64,000 nucleotides of DNA from Oopsacas minuta (lineage: Eukaryota; Animalia; Porifera): positions 248,001 through 312,000 of the forward strand of contig JAKMXF010000155.1 of NCBI GenBank assembly GCA_024704765.1, in the 5' to 3' direction. The notes under the pieces are model-generated. The model saw only the letters and a list, made by a program, of their open reading frames with translations, made no database searches and was not told the DNA's origin. This document shows positions 12,774 through 24,544 of the stretch, in pieces. Each line of letters begins with the position of its first letter. Within the stretch, counting starts at the first letter, position 1. The translations under genes and the position numbers were made by a program.

Positions 12774-13147
12774 AATATTCAGACCACTTTTGAGATTGGA
12801 ATGTTGCATATTCCTGCTTTGTCAAGGAAAATGTTTTCCAAACATTGTGACCCATATAATGAAGGAAATTTCATTCCGACACACAAAATTCTTCATAGAA
12901 ATTCCATTTGACTTAAAATATGAAGGTTAATTTATTTATGAAAATTCAACCCATTTGCAGCTCAAATTCGTTAAAATTTATGAACTTTCATCATATCTTA
13001 ACTCGAATCGAATTTCAATGCGGATATTCGTGATTAGCATGAATTTTTCTTTCATTATAGGGGTCACATGACTATAATTATAAAATTCTGTCTCCTTGAC
13101 AACGCAGGAATAAGCTACATTCCACTCTAAACAGTGGTTGGAATATT
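12774..13147. mobile_element. MITE with ~100-bp imperfect TIRs
   Basis: AATATTC..ACCACT..GAG(A)TGGAATGT.GC.TATTCCTGC.TTGTCAAGGA and TGTGACCC.TATAATGAA occur on both arms in inverted orientation. No TSD identified. Confidence 0.6.
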
Positions 13148-13429
13148 AGAAAATTGTTTCAATGAAATTAATGAATGTTAACCCACAGCGGATGTATTCG
13201 CGAAGCAGACAGCGTAATTTATACACTCAATCTGAGATCAAAAAGGTACTCAATTTGCGTTGGCCGTGGAAAATTTGATGCCTTATTCATGTAAATTGCG
13301 AATATATAATTTTGTGCTTTTATCCAGCATGTCTTAATTTCAATTTTAAATCACTTGACAAGTCAAGGTCCGTAACTCGAAGCCTGAAAATCTATTCGAA
13401 ATGGAGTTAATGAATGCGACATACTCAAA

Positions 13430-14110
13430 GTGCAATTAAGGTTAGTGAAGATTCGTTCGAGCTAGCGAACCGTTTAGGCACTTCATGCCTCGTGAATACG
13501 TTTAATGCCTTTCAAAGTTGAGAAATATCTTTACTTGTAGTAGTTGTGATTAAAACGTGGCAAATATCTGCAATATTCCAACAGCGCTGGCATTAAGTTT
13601 CCATTGCATTCTGATAATGCTTCGACAGTAGTTTTAGGTTCCTTGTCACTTTTTTCCAGTTTATTAGGCTAGACATTGCCAGATATCAATTCCTTCTTCG
13701 ATTTCTGCAGCACGATAGGGCAGCAATAACTCTAATGGCTTCAAATTCTCGTTAATTGATCTATAGGCATTTTTGCGCCGCGAATTGGCGAAAGATTTTG
13801 GAGTGTGTGTTTCAAGAATCTAAGATTAGGTTGCTCTATCAACCACTGAAATATGGAATGAATACTTTTTCTCTGTACAAAATTTCTTCTCAGTTGAGAA
13901 ATTTACAACTAGCTTGTGCTAGACCCTGGGCACGCGTCCCTGAGGATCCAAAAATTTCAGCTTTTGCGGTCGGAAATAATCTTGTTTTTGAATGTTTGTG
14001 CTGAGATATTTAGCGTTTGCACAACTAATATTTAATTGTTCTCTTAAAACAGCTTCGTCTGGTCTTAGAAGTATACGAAGGGCTGCACGTAAGCGCAGTG
14101 GTTTCACCAT
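13430..14110 (-). pseudogene. hAT (Tip100/ZMYM1-like) transposase C-terminal remnant
   Basis: Fragments EKVFIPY..LIEQPNLRF and ILQIFAT..TTTTS..YFSTLKGIK resemble the hAT dimerisation region. Heavily degraded. Confidence 0.55.
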
Positions 14111-14174
14111 AGGCTTTAGAGCGAATTTTTCATCATCTCATATGCTCTCGAAATTGTTATCATTAAATTTACCA

Positions 14175-14232
14175 TAGTCTGAAATCTGGGAATCATAATT
14201 TTAGTAGTCTGAAATCTGGGAATCATAATTTT
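14175..14232 (+). repeat. Tandem duplication with a 30-bp period
   Basis: TAGTCTGAAATCTGGGAATCATAATTTT occurs at 14175 and again at 14205. Confidence 0.95.
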
Positions 14233-14429
14233 CTTGAGAAAATTCATATTACTTTGCGATCAAATGTCATGCTTAGTGTATGGCTATAATTGAATTCATT
14301 ATTCACCTCTATTTTATATGAATAATGACAGCTCAAAGTTTTAACCTATTATTAGTTCAGAATATGGTCTTATAGATTATAATAAGAGCTAAGCATTTCA
14401 CTTTGAATATTTTCCCCATGATTAAGTTA

Positions 14430-15452
14430 ATTTTGACGTCCTTCTCTAAGTGCAGTTGAACGATGGTACAGGGAATTTATTCACGGAAACTTTGTTCTTG
14501 AAGATGCCCCTCGTTCAGGAAGACCGAATATTTCACATGATGAAGAAAAAGTTAACGAAATGCTAGATCTAATTACTAAAGATCCTCGTATTACATACGC
14601 TCAGTTAGAGTATGAAACCGAGTTATCATCGGGGACAAGTAATATCATTTTGCACAAAGAGCTTTGTGTCAGGAAGTTGTGTGCCCGATGGATCCCCCAT
14701 TCTTTGAACTTACAGCAAAAAATATCCCGCATAGACTTTTGCAAAATTATGCTCAAAAGGTTTGCTAATGAAGGTTCAAGAGCTGTTACTGAGATCCTTA
14801 CAGGTGATGAGACATGGATATACCATTATGATCCAGAAACAAAGCGAATGTCAAAGGAGTGGGTTGAAGAAGATGCCCCACCTCCAACCAAAGTGCGGAG
14901 TGCTAGGCCTGTTGGGAACAAATGCGGGTGATTTTTTTCAGATCTAGTGAGTTTGTCGAAGCTGTGGCCTTCGAGGATAGAAAGACTGTTACTGCCGACT
15001 GGTACACTACAGTGTGCCTACCCAAAGTCATCACAGCAATTAAGTCACAGCGGCAGAAGACAGGCATTAGAGGAATTCTTCTTCATCATGATAATGCATC
15101 ATCGCATACGGCAATCAGAACTCGTGAGCTTTTGGAAAATTCTGGACTCAAAACATTACCTCACCCACTCTACAGTCCTGATTTAGCCCCTTGTGACTTC
15201 TGGTTGTTCCCTAGACTCAAAGATCAATTACGTGGGAGGAGATTTTCGACTAATGAGGAGTTGAGAGGGGCACTTTTCCAAGCGATCGGAGACATACCCA
15301 AAGAAGAGTGGAAAAAATGTTTTGATAATTGGTTTACATTAATAAAAAAATGTATAGATTGTCAGGAGAATATTTTGAAACTATGTAATAGTCAATTTTG
15401 TAATTACAATCTGATATGTCGGTCAACGTCAAAACTTTTCGAGTGCCCTTCG
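14430..15452 (+). mobile_element. Mariner (DD34D) element, 5'-truncated and frameshifted
   Basis: Motifs LEDAPRSGRP, WIPHSL, TGDETW, HHDNASSH and YSPDLAPCDFWLF. The 3' TIR ends CCCTTCG followed by TA (15453-15454). Frameshift near 14925. Confidence 0.9.
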
Positions 15453-15468
15453 TACATAATACATTTTA

Positions 15469-17376
15469 GGTACAACTATAGAATCCGACACCCTCCAACT
15501 TTTTTATGTGGTCGAAAATCACTATTTGCACCGTTGAAGAACTCATTGAGAGAAGCTGATAGAGCTTTAGAACTCAACAATCGGATGAGAACTGACAAAG
15601 TTACGAAAGATCTTCTAAATAAGCCAAATCCTATGGAGAAAATTGTATTACGGGGGTTGTTCAATAAATAATGAGACTTTTTCCATAATTGATAAAGTAA
15701 ACCTATACTTATCATAATTGATTATCAAATGTTTCGATAAATTCCCTTTTAACATCATACATCGATTCCATCGTTCTGGTAACTTTTCCAGCCCAGTGGT
15801 ATAGAATTCTTTAGGGGTCCCTTTTTCCCACTGTTTTATTTCGTACTCTAGCCGTTTGAAATCCCCAAATCTCTTCCCTCGAAGGGGTTTCTTCATCTCT
15901 GTAAACAGCCAGTAATCGCTGGTAGCCAGGTCTAGACTATACGGGGGATGAGGGAGGCATTCGGGTCCTAAGTCCTCAATTGCAGCCATTGTTTTGGAGC
16001 TTACATGGGGCCTTGCGTTGTCATGTTGCAGCAATGCGCCAGGTGTCAACTTGCGTCGCCTCTCACGTTTAATCGCTTGACGCAATTCTTTCAATTCGTC
16101 AACGTAATAATCACTGTTTATGGTTGTCTTCTCAGGCAACCAGTCGAGGTGTATAATTCCTTCTCTATCCCAAATCTGTTGCCATTCTCTTCCCTGCCGA
16201 TTTTGTGGCCTTTACCTTGATGGGTACAGGTTCATCACGTCTCTTCGACTGCTTCGATTGAGTTTTGCTCTCTGGTTCATAATAATGAAACCAAGTTTCA
16301 TCCCCCGGTTACTATACGATTTAAAAGTCTTCCTCTTTCTTGTATCTTGAACGTAATTCTTTGCTAACTCTGACCCTTTCGCGTTTTTGTTCTTTGGAAA
16401 GAAGTTTTGGGACCCAACACGCAGTTACCTTCGACATTTCTAGATCTTCAGTGATAATCGAGTGTAGTGTGGCTTTTGATATACCTACCCTTTCTTCTAA
16501 CTCTTGCAGGGTTATTCGTCTGTCCTCGCCCAAAAGTGTTTCGGCCCTCTCGATGCAACTGCGATTTTTTGAGGAGGTCGGATGACCTGGACGAGGTCAT
16601 TGTGGAGGTCCTCATCTACATTATCACAAGGTTCGATCCATCTTTATATGGTTGCTTTCGAAGTACATTCATCACCGAAAATATCCTGCATTTCCCGAAG
16701 AATATATGAGCCATTATTCCCCTTTTTCCACAGGTACCAAATTTTTTGTCGTTTTCCTTCTTTGCTAAAATCCATTCGGTGAAAAAGTAGCCTATACAAA
16801 TGAAACTTTATACTGAAGAATATACTAGTAGAGTAGAGAGAATATTGTATAGAAGTTAGACAATCAAGTTAGGCTTATAATCTGATATTAGGCTTAGAGC
16901 TGTATTAACAAGAATATTTGAATTCGATACATTGGTCTCATTACTTAGTGAACAATCCTTGTAGCCACTATACTGAAATATTGCTGATGAATTCTATACA
17001 AACTACCATAGGAATGCACATTTAATCAATGTTGCGGTTATATCAACGCTTGCGTCAATTGATTGATTCTTTTATGAATTTATTAGTTTGCGTAATTTGT
17101 AGTTACTACTATTAAGAACAGTCAATTTACACCTGGTGTGGCCTGGTACCCAAAGGGGCGAAAACCTGGACACACCGTATATCTCGAAAACTATAATTCG
17201 CATCGCTTAGCTTTAAAAAGGAAGACGGTAGGTCTTGGCGTCATCTAGCCAAAAGATACCACTTGGACCACATCCAGCTATCCTAACAATAGGTGTTATG
17301 CACTATTAATGTTGCTAAATAATCATCAAGTAGATTTCAAAGATATCTTAACTAGGATTTATTTGTTGCTTAGAAA
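15469..17376 (+). repeat. Left arm of a ~600-bp inverted repeat (15469-15650 plus 16962-17376), split by a mariner
   Basis: Reverse complement of 22327-22920 once the mariner at 15651-16961 and one TA are removed. Confidence 0.9.
15651..16961 (-). mobile_element. Mariner (DD34D) element, full length, defective
   Basis: 27-bp imperfect TIRs (CGGGGGTTGTTCAATAAATAATGAGAC and CAAGGATTGTTCACTAAGTAATGAGAC), TA on both flanks. Motifs WVPKLL, GDETW, HDNARPH and YSLDLATSDYWLF. Stops and frameshifts present. Confidence 0.93.
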
Positions 17377-17909
17377 AACACATCTTGAACTAAGATGAAT
17401 GATAAAGGCATTTCAGTATCGCCAATTTTACTCTGTTGGTGATATATATTAGTTGTTTAGTATATCTGTACATGCGGCTTCTTTACTTAATGATTCTAGA
17501 GGTTTGTTACAAGCCTCACAGTCCACAGTACAGCTATACAGTAAGTATCCGTATACACAGTGGCGTAACATGCTAGCATGAGCGTATATCCAGGTGGGAT
17601 GGAGGAGGAAGCGTCCCCCCACTTTTGAATAATTTACGATGATGTACAACAGTAATTTTAGCGATGATTTTCGTACCAAATTACAAGATTTAAGATTCAT
17701 CCCATAATTAATTGATCTATGCCCTTGTTTGCCAGCGCCATCCCTTGCCCATGTTCCAAGTTAACATATTTTGCTCATAATTAACCCATTCTTTGCTAAA
17801 GTCAGTCTGGTTATAATGTAGTTTGTGCAAATTGGGTTCGAGTACTGATTCCCAATATATTTTTAAAATTGACTAAAGGAATATCCATAGAGAATACGTG
17901 CATTGTTAA

Positions 17910-17982
17910 GCCATCCATACACGATGCAACTTGATTGATTGCAACTGTTGTATGCAACAAAATTGCATCGTGTATGTTGTGC
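17910..17982. repeat. 73-bp palindromic mini-element (PIF/Harbinger-like ends)
   Basis: Inverted arms CATACACGATGCAA and TTGCATCGTGTATG. TSD not convincing. Confidence 0.45.
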
Positions 17983-18333
17983 TTTAGGTTATATTATACC
18001 TGTGTATGATTTGACTGAAATTCCCAACAATTCAATGATCATAGTATATGAATTTGAATATACGTACTACTCGATAGTTAATCGTTGATAGCAACTTGAT
18101 ACCACTATGATTTTCTATCACTAATGAAAATCTACATTCCTTTGAACAAATTATACTTAAGTTACACTGTGCAATAAAATGTTGACCACAAAGAACCACA
18201 TAATCTAAGCTTTAATTGTATCGCTTAAGTAAATAGCATTCCAAAAAAGTGAATGTGTTGTAATGTACGTATGTTAGTATATAAAGACTATTCGTACATT
18301 ATTTTGTAACATGCTGCTATCATTCAAACCACA

Positions 18334-20606
18334 ATGGACCACACAATATTCCTCGAACCCTTGATTATATCTGACATTTCAGCAAGCTTTTTACTCTCTG
18401 ATCTCTTACAGTTGTCCTCTTCTCTGGAAAATACTATTGATTGACTTAAGCATTACAGGGTGTAACATAATTGATGACTACTTCACTGTACCTATATACC
18501 ATACAACCTCACTCATATTTATTTAACTATAGTAAAAGTTTTGCCATTATCCGATTATATCAATCCTTTGTACCATTTATTTATGCATTTTCAAACTAAT
18601 GTTCATGTCTATGTCCAAAAATATTTAATAGTTTATGCTCCCTAATATCTTAGCAATATCATGGTCAAAGAACACAAGATTAATATTAGAAACCAGGCTG
18701 TAGGGATGTTATTAGGTGGTATGAAGCAAAGGCGCGTTTGCAATTTACTTGGAGCATCCTTGCGTACTGTCGGACGATGGTGGACCCAATACCAGAAGGG
18801 AATCTCATTGGAAAATAAATGTGGTAGAGGACTGAAGGTTTCGTTATCAAAAATTGGAAAATCGTCATTTCTAAGTCACTAACAAAGAAACACCAATCTA
18901 CAAGAAAATTGTCGGGAAAACTTAAGTCTAAGGGTATTATAGCATCACATATGACTGTCCAAAGGTATCTCAAGAATTCTATTGGAGCAACTAGTTATAA
19001 AAGACCGCTTCAGCCAAGATTATCCGAAAAACAGATTAAAGATCGGATTTCTTTCTGTAAACAGACAGTCAATTGGACTGTTCAAGATTGGCGTATGGTG
19101 TTATTTTCTGATGAATCCCCCTATGAATTATTCCACATACCTAATAGACAAAATGATCGTGTATGGGCAAGGAAGAAAGAATCAGTGGCCCCTCTGAGAA
19201 AATTAAATTTCATTCTAAGATACATGATTGGGGAATGATGTCATACAATGCGATATCAGAACTGCATATTATACCTAAGTCCTGTACAGTTACTGCAAAA
19301 TATTATATCGAAGAAATACTGAAGAAGTCTCTGAAGATCGCACTAAGGAGGAAAAGGAAGACTGGAGCTGTTCTAGTCAGAAGATTACTCTCAAACATGT
19401 CCAGGTACATCTTTCAGCAGGACGGGGCACCAGCTCATAATGCCATAAAGACTCAAGATTGGTGTAAAGACAATCTGAATTCCTTTTGGGAGAAAGGTAT
19501 TTGGCCAGGCAACTCGCCAGGCTTAAACCCAATAGAGAATTTACGGGCCATCATCCAAAGCAAAATTAATGAAATGGAAGTAGCAACCAATCTAAATATG
19601 CTTGAAAAACAGCTGAAACTGGCATTCTCTCAGATTTCCCCTGAGATTCTCGACAATCTGGTGAGTGGTATGCCTGAAAGGATTAAAACTTGTCTCAAAT
19701 ATAAAGGCAGATATATAGGAAAATAGATTGGACAGTGAATTCATCGAACGTTAATTCATGCATATTTTTTCTGTAAGTCATCAATTATGTTACACCCTGT
19801 ATGCTTATTACCATGAGGAGTCCAGTGCAGATTCGGTTTCAATAATGTATGTAGGTGCATTTACCGATTCTAAGAACAGTAACAATTGGAGATCTAGAGC
19901 GTGTAAGACAACCGGTTCACTTCGTTATGAGTCCTTCTTCAAGAGTTCAAATCTATCTCTTCCCTCTCTATTGCAGTTCTTGTATTTTTGGAGTGTAGAT
20001 ATACAGTCACATGCATTTCTTAGGAGACACTTGCAACGGTCCCCGAATACTGTTGTAGACTGGAAGAGTTTTATGGGAGATGTTTGCATTGAGGATCTAA
20101 TAATAAATCAGGAGCCAATAGGCGGGCCCGGTACAGTGGTGGAGATTGATGAATCGAAATTTGGGAGACGAAAATATAACCATGGTAGATTACTCACTGG
20201 TCAATTGGTTTTCGGTATATATGAGCAAGGTACTGATAACGTACTGATGATTCCAGTTCCCGATCGCTCAGGTGCAACCCTACTTGCCATTATTCAGCGA
20301 TATGTATTACCTGGAACAACCATCCACTCAGACGGATGGGCTGCTTATAATGTTGTCCCAGCTGCAGGTTACGCTCATTACACTGTAAACAACTTTGAGA
20401 ATTTTGTGTATCTAATTGACGGTGCACAAACACAAGGGATGGAAAACGCTTGGGGTATGGTCAAGAAAAGGCAAAGAAGAGGCCAAACAACAAATCCTGA
20501 ATTGCTAGAATCCCACCTTATCGAGTTTTGTTGGAGAAGAAAGAATAAAGGAAACATCCGATATAGCATCGTCAAGTGTATTAGAGAATTATATCCTGTT
20601 GTGTAA
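18334..20606 (+). pseudogene. Merlin (ISXO2/IS1016-like) transposase interrupted by a Tc1-like element
   Basis: ATG at 18334 is in frame with ORF 19758-20606 once 18456-19799 and one TA are removed (one TGA remains). Motifs VVEIDESKFGRRKYNHGR, IHSDGWAAY and TQGMENAW. Confidence 0.88.
18456..19799 (+). mobile_element. Tc1-like DD37E element, frameshifted
   Basis: 24-bp TIR CAGGGTGTAACATAATTGATGACT with TA flanks. Motifs FSDES, QQDGAPAH and NPIEN, with 37 residues between the second D and the E. Two frameshifts. Confidence 0.93.
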
Positions 20607-20957
20607 TTTAGTTGTTAATATATATAGTATTACTTTGTTAAGAATAGTTACATTATACACTCTTACATCACATACTTGCTAAATGTTATCATAAGCTATT
20701 CTAAGGGATATTGAGACTAGTAAAATGCGTCCGTATTGCCTCGAATAACTGCCCCTAGAGCATAGGGTGGCTTGAAATAAATGCTCACCCCGGCTAATAT
20801 TATAAGCTATGTTGTGTTGTTAACAGAATCTTGTTGTTTACTGTTAACGACATACTATTATTAGCTGTTAACAGTAACAATTGCAACTTCCGTTGGCTAA
20901 TATCAGCTGCTGCCGGGCTGTTTCTATTCCTGTCTTATTGACGTCGTGATCCCTGTA

Positions 20958-21858
20958 CAGTTAAGGGACAAAAGTATTCGACCACACAAATATATTGTCA
21001 TGAATTGTATACTCTTTCCCGTTCCTATATACTGTATAGTCTATATTCGTAGCTGCAATCTAGTAATTTGCATAGAATAACATGTTTTTCAAGAATTTCA
21101 AAAAAATATTTTCGATTTACACTTTTTGAAGGTGTTATTTATTAATAATTATTAGATAATTATTGATAATCAAAATATGTGGTAATTCAAAACCTATTAA
21201 GAATCTATATTTTCTGACTTGATATTTGAATTCTACTTAGGCGAGTTACCCCAGATTAAATTTTCAATGGGATTGAACAATTTTGCCGGAGTTATAGATG
21301 AATTTCAATTTGTGCCATTTGTGCCACCTTTTGCCCAAGGGGCACAAGTGGCCGTTACCAAGAGGTTATTTTGTAATTCAAGGGTTAGCATAGTCATATA
21401 ATTCGAAAATATTACTATGACTTATTCCTCCTAACCCTAGTTGATTTCCTTGTAGTGGCGCTTTTTCCAGCCACCAGTGTCACTTTTTGCGACAAGTGGC
21501 ACAAATTGAAATTCTTCTATAACTTTGGTAAAAATTGTTCAATCCCATTTGAAATTTTAATCTGGGGTAACTCGCCTAAGTAGAATTCAAATATCAAGTC
21601 AGAAATTATAGATTCTTAATAGGCTTTGAATTACCACATATTTTGATTATCAATAATTATCTAATAATTATTAATAATTAGCACCTTCAAAAAGTGTAAA
21701 TCGAAAATATTTTTTTGAAATTCTTGAAAAACATGTTATTCTATGCAAATTACTAGATTGCAGCTACGAATATAGACTATACAGTATATAGGAACGGGAA
21801 AGAGTATACAATTTATGACAATATATTTGTGTGGTCGAATACTTTTGTCCCTTAACTG
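20958..21858. mobile_element. Foldback-like Tc1/mariner MITE, 901 bp, with ~380-bp TIRs
   Basis: Both ends read CAGTTAAGGGACAAAAGTATTCGACCACAC and are flanked by TA. The arms are near-perfect over about 380 bp around a ~150-bp spacer. Non-coding. Confidence 0.92.
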
Positions 21859-22326
21859 TATAAGCGCAGGAAGTATTTCAGATCATACATATTTTACAAA
21901 TAATTTTTACACAAACGAGCTGAAGAACTAGTTCAACGAAGAGATTACTATTTGCAGACAGTTTACTTGCAAACGGACCGAAACAATAATACATAAAAAG
22001 TCCCACTGCAACAATTCAACTTGTGCTTTTCACATCAGCCCAGACCCAAGAGCAACCAGGCCATGACACTATCTAATCCCGTTCCTATATCGCTAGCTTA
22101 TAGACTCAAAGGTTCCTAAAACAGCAAACGCGTTTGCACCTGGATAACAACATGAATACTAAGTTGGATCTGGTCATTTGTAGCTACAAAATAGGTGAAT
22201 AAACGTATAAATATAAAAGTTGTGGCATGCCACCTTTTGTTGCTTCTAGGGTTTCTGAAGCCAGTGCGATAAAATGACAAGCAACGTGACCAGTTCTACT
22301 TAGGTTAAATATATCAATTTAGAATA

Positions 22327-22920
22327 TTTCTATGCAACAAATGAATCCTAGTTAAGATATCTTTGAAATCTACTTGATGATTATTTAGCAACATTAATAG
22401 TGCATAACACCTATTGTTAGGATAGCTGGATGTGGTCCAAGTGGTATCTTTTGGCTAGATGACGCCAAGACCTACCGTCTTCCTTTTTAAAGCTAAGCGA
22501 TGCGAATTATAGTTTTCGAGATATACGGTGTGTCCAGGTTTTCGCCCCTTTGGGTACCAGGCCACACCAGGTGTAAATTGACTGTTCTTAATAGTAGTAA
22601 CTACAAATTACGCAAACTAATAAATTCATAAAAGAATCAATCAATTGACGCAAGCGTTGATATAACCGCAACATTGATTAAATGTGCATTCCTATGGTAG
22701 TTTGTATAGAATTCATCAGCATTATTTCAGTATAGTAGCTAATTAATTTTCTCCATAGGATTTGGCTTATTTAGGAGATTTTTCGTAACTTCGTCAGTTT
22801 CCATCCGATTTTTGAGTTCGAAAGCTCTATCAGCTTCTCTCAACGAGTTCTTCAACGGTGCATATAGCGATTTTTGACTACATTAAAAAAGTTGGGGGTG
22901 TCGGATTCTATAGTTGTACC
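22327..22920 (-). repeat. Right arm of the ~600-bp inverted repeat (uninterrupted copy)
   Basis: Reverse complement of 15469-15650 plus 16962-17376. Its terminal ~35 bp is duplicated again at about 22960-22995. Confidence 0.9.
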
Positions 22921-23043
22921 CTTTTTTGACCACATTGGCCACATTTTTGACCACATTATAAAAGTTGGGGGGGTGTCGGATTCTTTAGTTGTACATTTTC
23001 CTTTAACCTTTTTATATTCATTTTATTTTTGAATACTTTTAGC

Positions 23044-23472
23044 ATGGCTTTCCACTCAGATAAATCTCAACATCTCGACAAAATTGGTAATGTCAAGAAA
23101 TTGGCAATTTTAACTAGTGGTGGTGATTCCCAGGGGATGAATGCCACAATTAGAGCAATCACACGCGTTGCCATTTATCATGGAATTGATGTATATGGAA
23201 TTTATGAAGGGTTCAATGGCCTAATTCAGGGTGGAGAGATGATCAGACGCCTTTCATGGGACCATGTTTCAGGAATTATACAGAAAGGGGGAACAATTCT
23301 GGGAACAGCTAGATGTAAAGAATTCCATGATAAAAAGGGTAGGAGATGTGCTATTCAGAACTTATTGCTGAATAAAATTCAATATTTATGTGTAATTGGT
23401 GGCGACGGTAGTCTTACTGGTGCATCACTTCTATCTGATGAGTTTGATGAACATTGTCTGACTATATGTGAG
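23044..23472 (+). CDS. PFK: ATP-dependent 6-phosphofructokinase, first recognisable coding exon (143 codons)
   Basis: Motifs LAILTSGGDSQGMNA, GGTILGTARC and VIGGDGSLTGA (ATP-type GGDG). The exon ends GAG|GTAATT in phase 0. Confidence 0.95.
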
Positions 23473-24544
23473 GTAATTATTGTTATTCCGCTCTTAATTA
23501 AGATATTTTGTAAGGTTCTTAATACAGATTTAAGCATTAATCTACAAGTTTATCTATTAACATCCAAATACAACTTGGATTGCTTGGGCATAACAGGCCA
23601 TTTCATTTGTCACGCTCTTTATTGACAATTTGTGATGATATCCATTAAAACGAGTTTTCCATTCATTTATTCTCCTGCTTTTGATGAGATTTCCAGTCCC
23701 GCACAGTGGCACTATATGTGGAATAGTATGATTGAGCTTTTGTAAGGCGAATATTCGAATTGATCTCCCTCTCAATCATCCATAACATTCTGAATTCTTA
23801 TGCTCGTTGTATTTGATTTTCCAGTACTCAAAGTTAGCCCTATAGACGTTCCGAAAACGACAATTTCTGGATTCAATATTCCTCACCAATGTAACTATGA
23901 ATGTTTTCGCTTTGCTAATTCAAAGTTTGTTATAATGACTTCACCAATACATATAATCCTTGTATTTCCTGTGAATTGCCTACCCTTCGTCAGTCAAAAA
24001 GTTGTTGCTTCATTGGATTCGAAGTATGCAGATAATTTGGTGTGAGGTTGTAAACCTCTAACAACATTAGTATTGCCCTGATGAATCTAACTTCCGGTTC
24101 AAAAACCGATCATATCCCTTTAAGATTTATTTATACAACTACTCAAACAGCCAAGTCGCCAGCATTTGCATCCAAATGTTGGATTATGATATTTGCATAT
24201 TTCTACTATTTCGTACTTAATGTATACATTATCGATTCTTTCCAATGCAACAGCCATATTTTCTAGTAAATTATTATCATTGCAGTGATAGATTTAAAGT
24301 AAACAATTTATAGGGTTGATGACTAGCACTTGGACTTTATAAGATTGGGATCTATGAATACTTAACATCTTTAGTACCCGCGTAGTATTCCACATTGATA
24401 CAATCGGAACCAGTTTTTGCTTACCATTTCTTTGCTGGAAATTTAGTTAGAAAATCCGATTGTATGAATATACCTTTGGAAAATATATGTAAATCCAATA
24501 TTTTTTACAATCTGAAGTTGAGAATATGGTAAGAAATTCGCCTC

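Noticed and set aside
14074-14083. TACGAAGGGC as the 5' TIR of the mariner ending at 15452
   Set aside because: The match is only 10 bp and lies within the hAT remnant, so it is probably chance.
15380-15671. C-terminal extension of the 249-aa ORF 14922-15671 as a novel domain
   Set aside because: It is read-through from a frameshifted mariner end into non-coding repeat sequence.
18161-18171. GTTACACTGTG matching the Chapaev3 end at 7372-7382
   Set aside because: An 11-bp match with no further homology seen.
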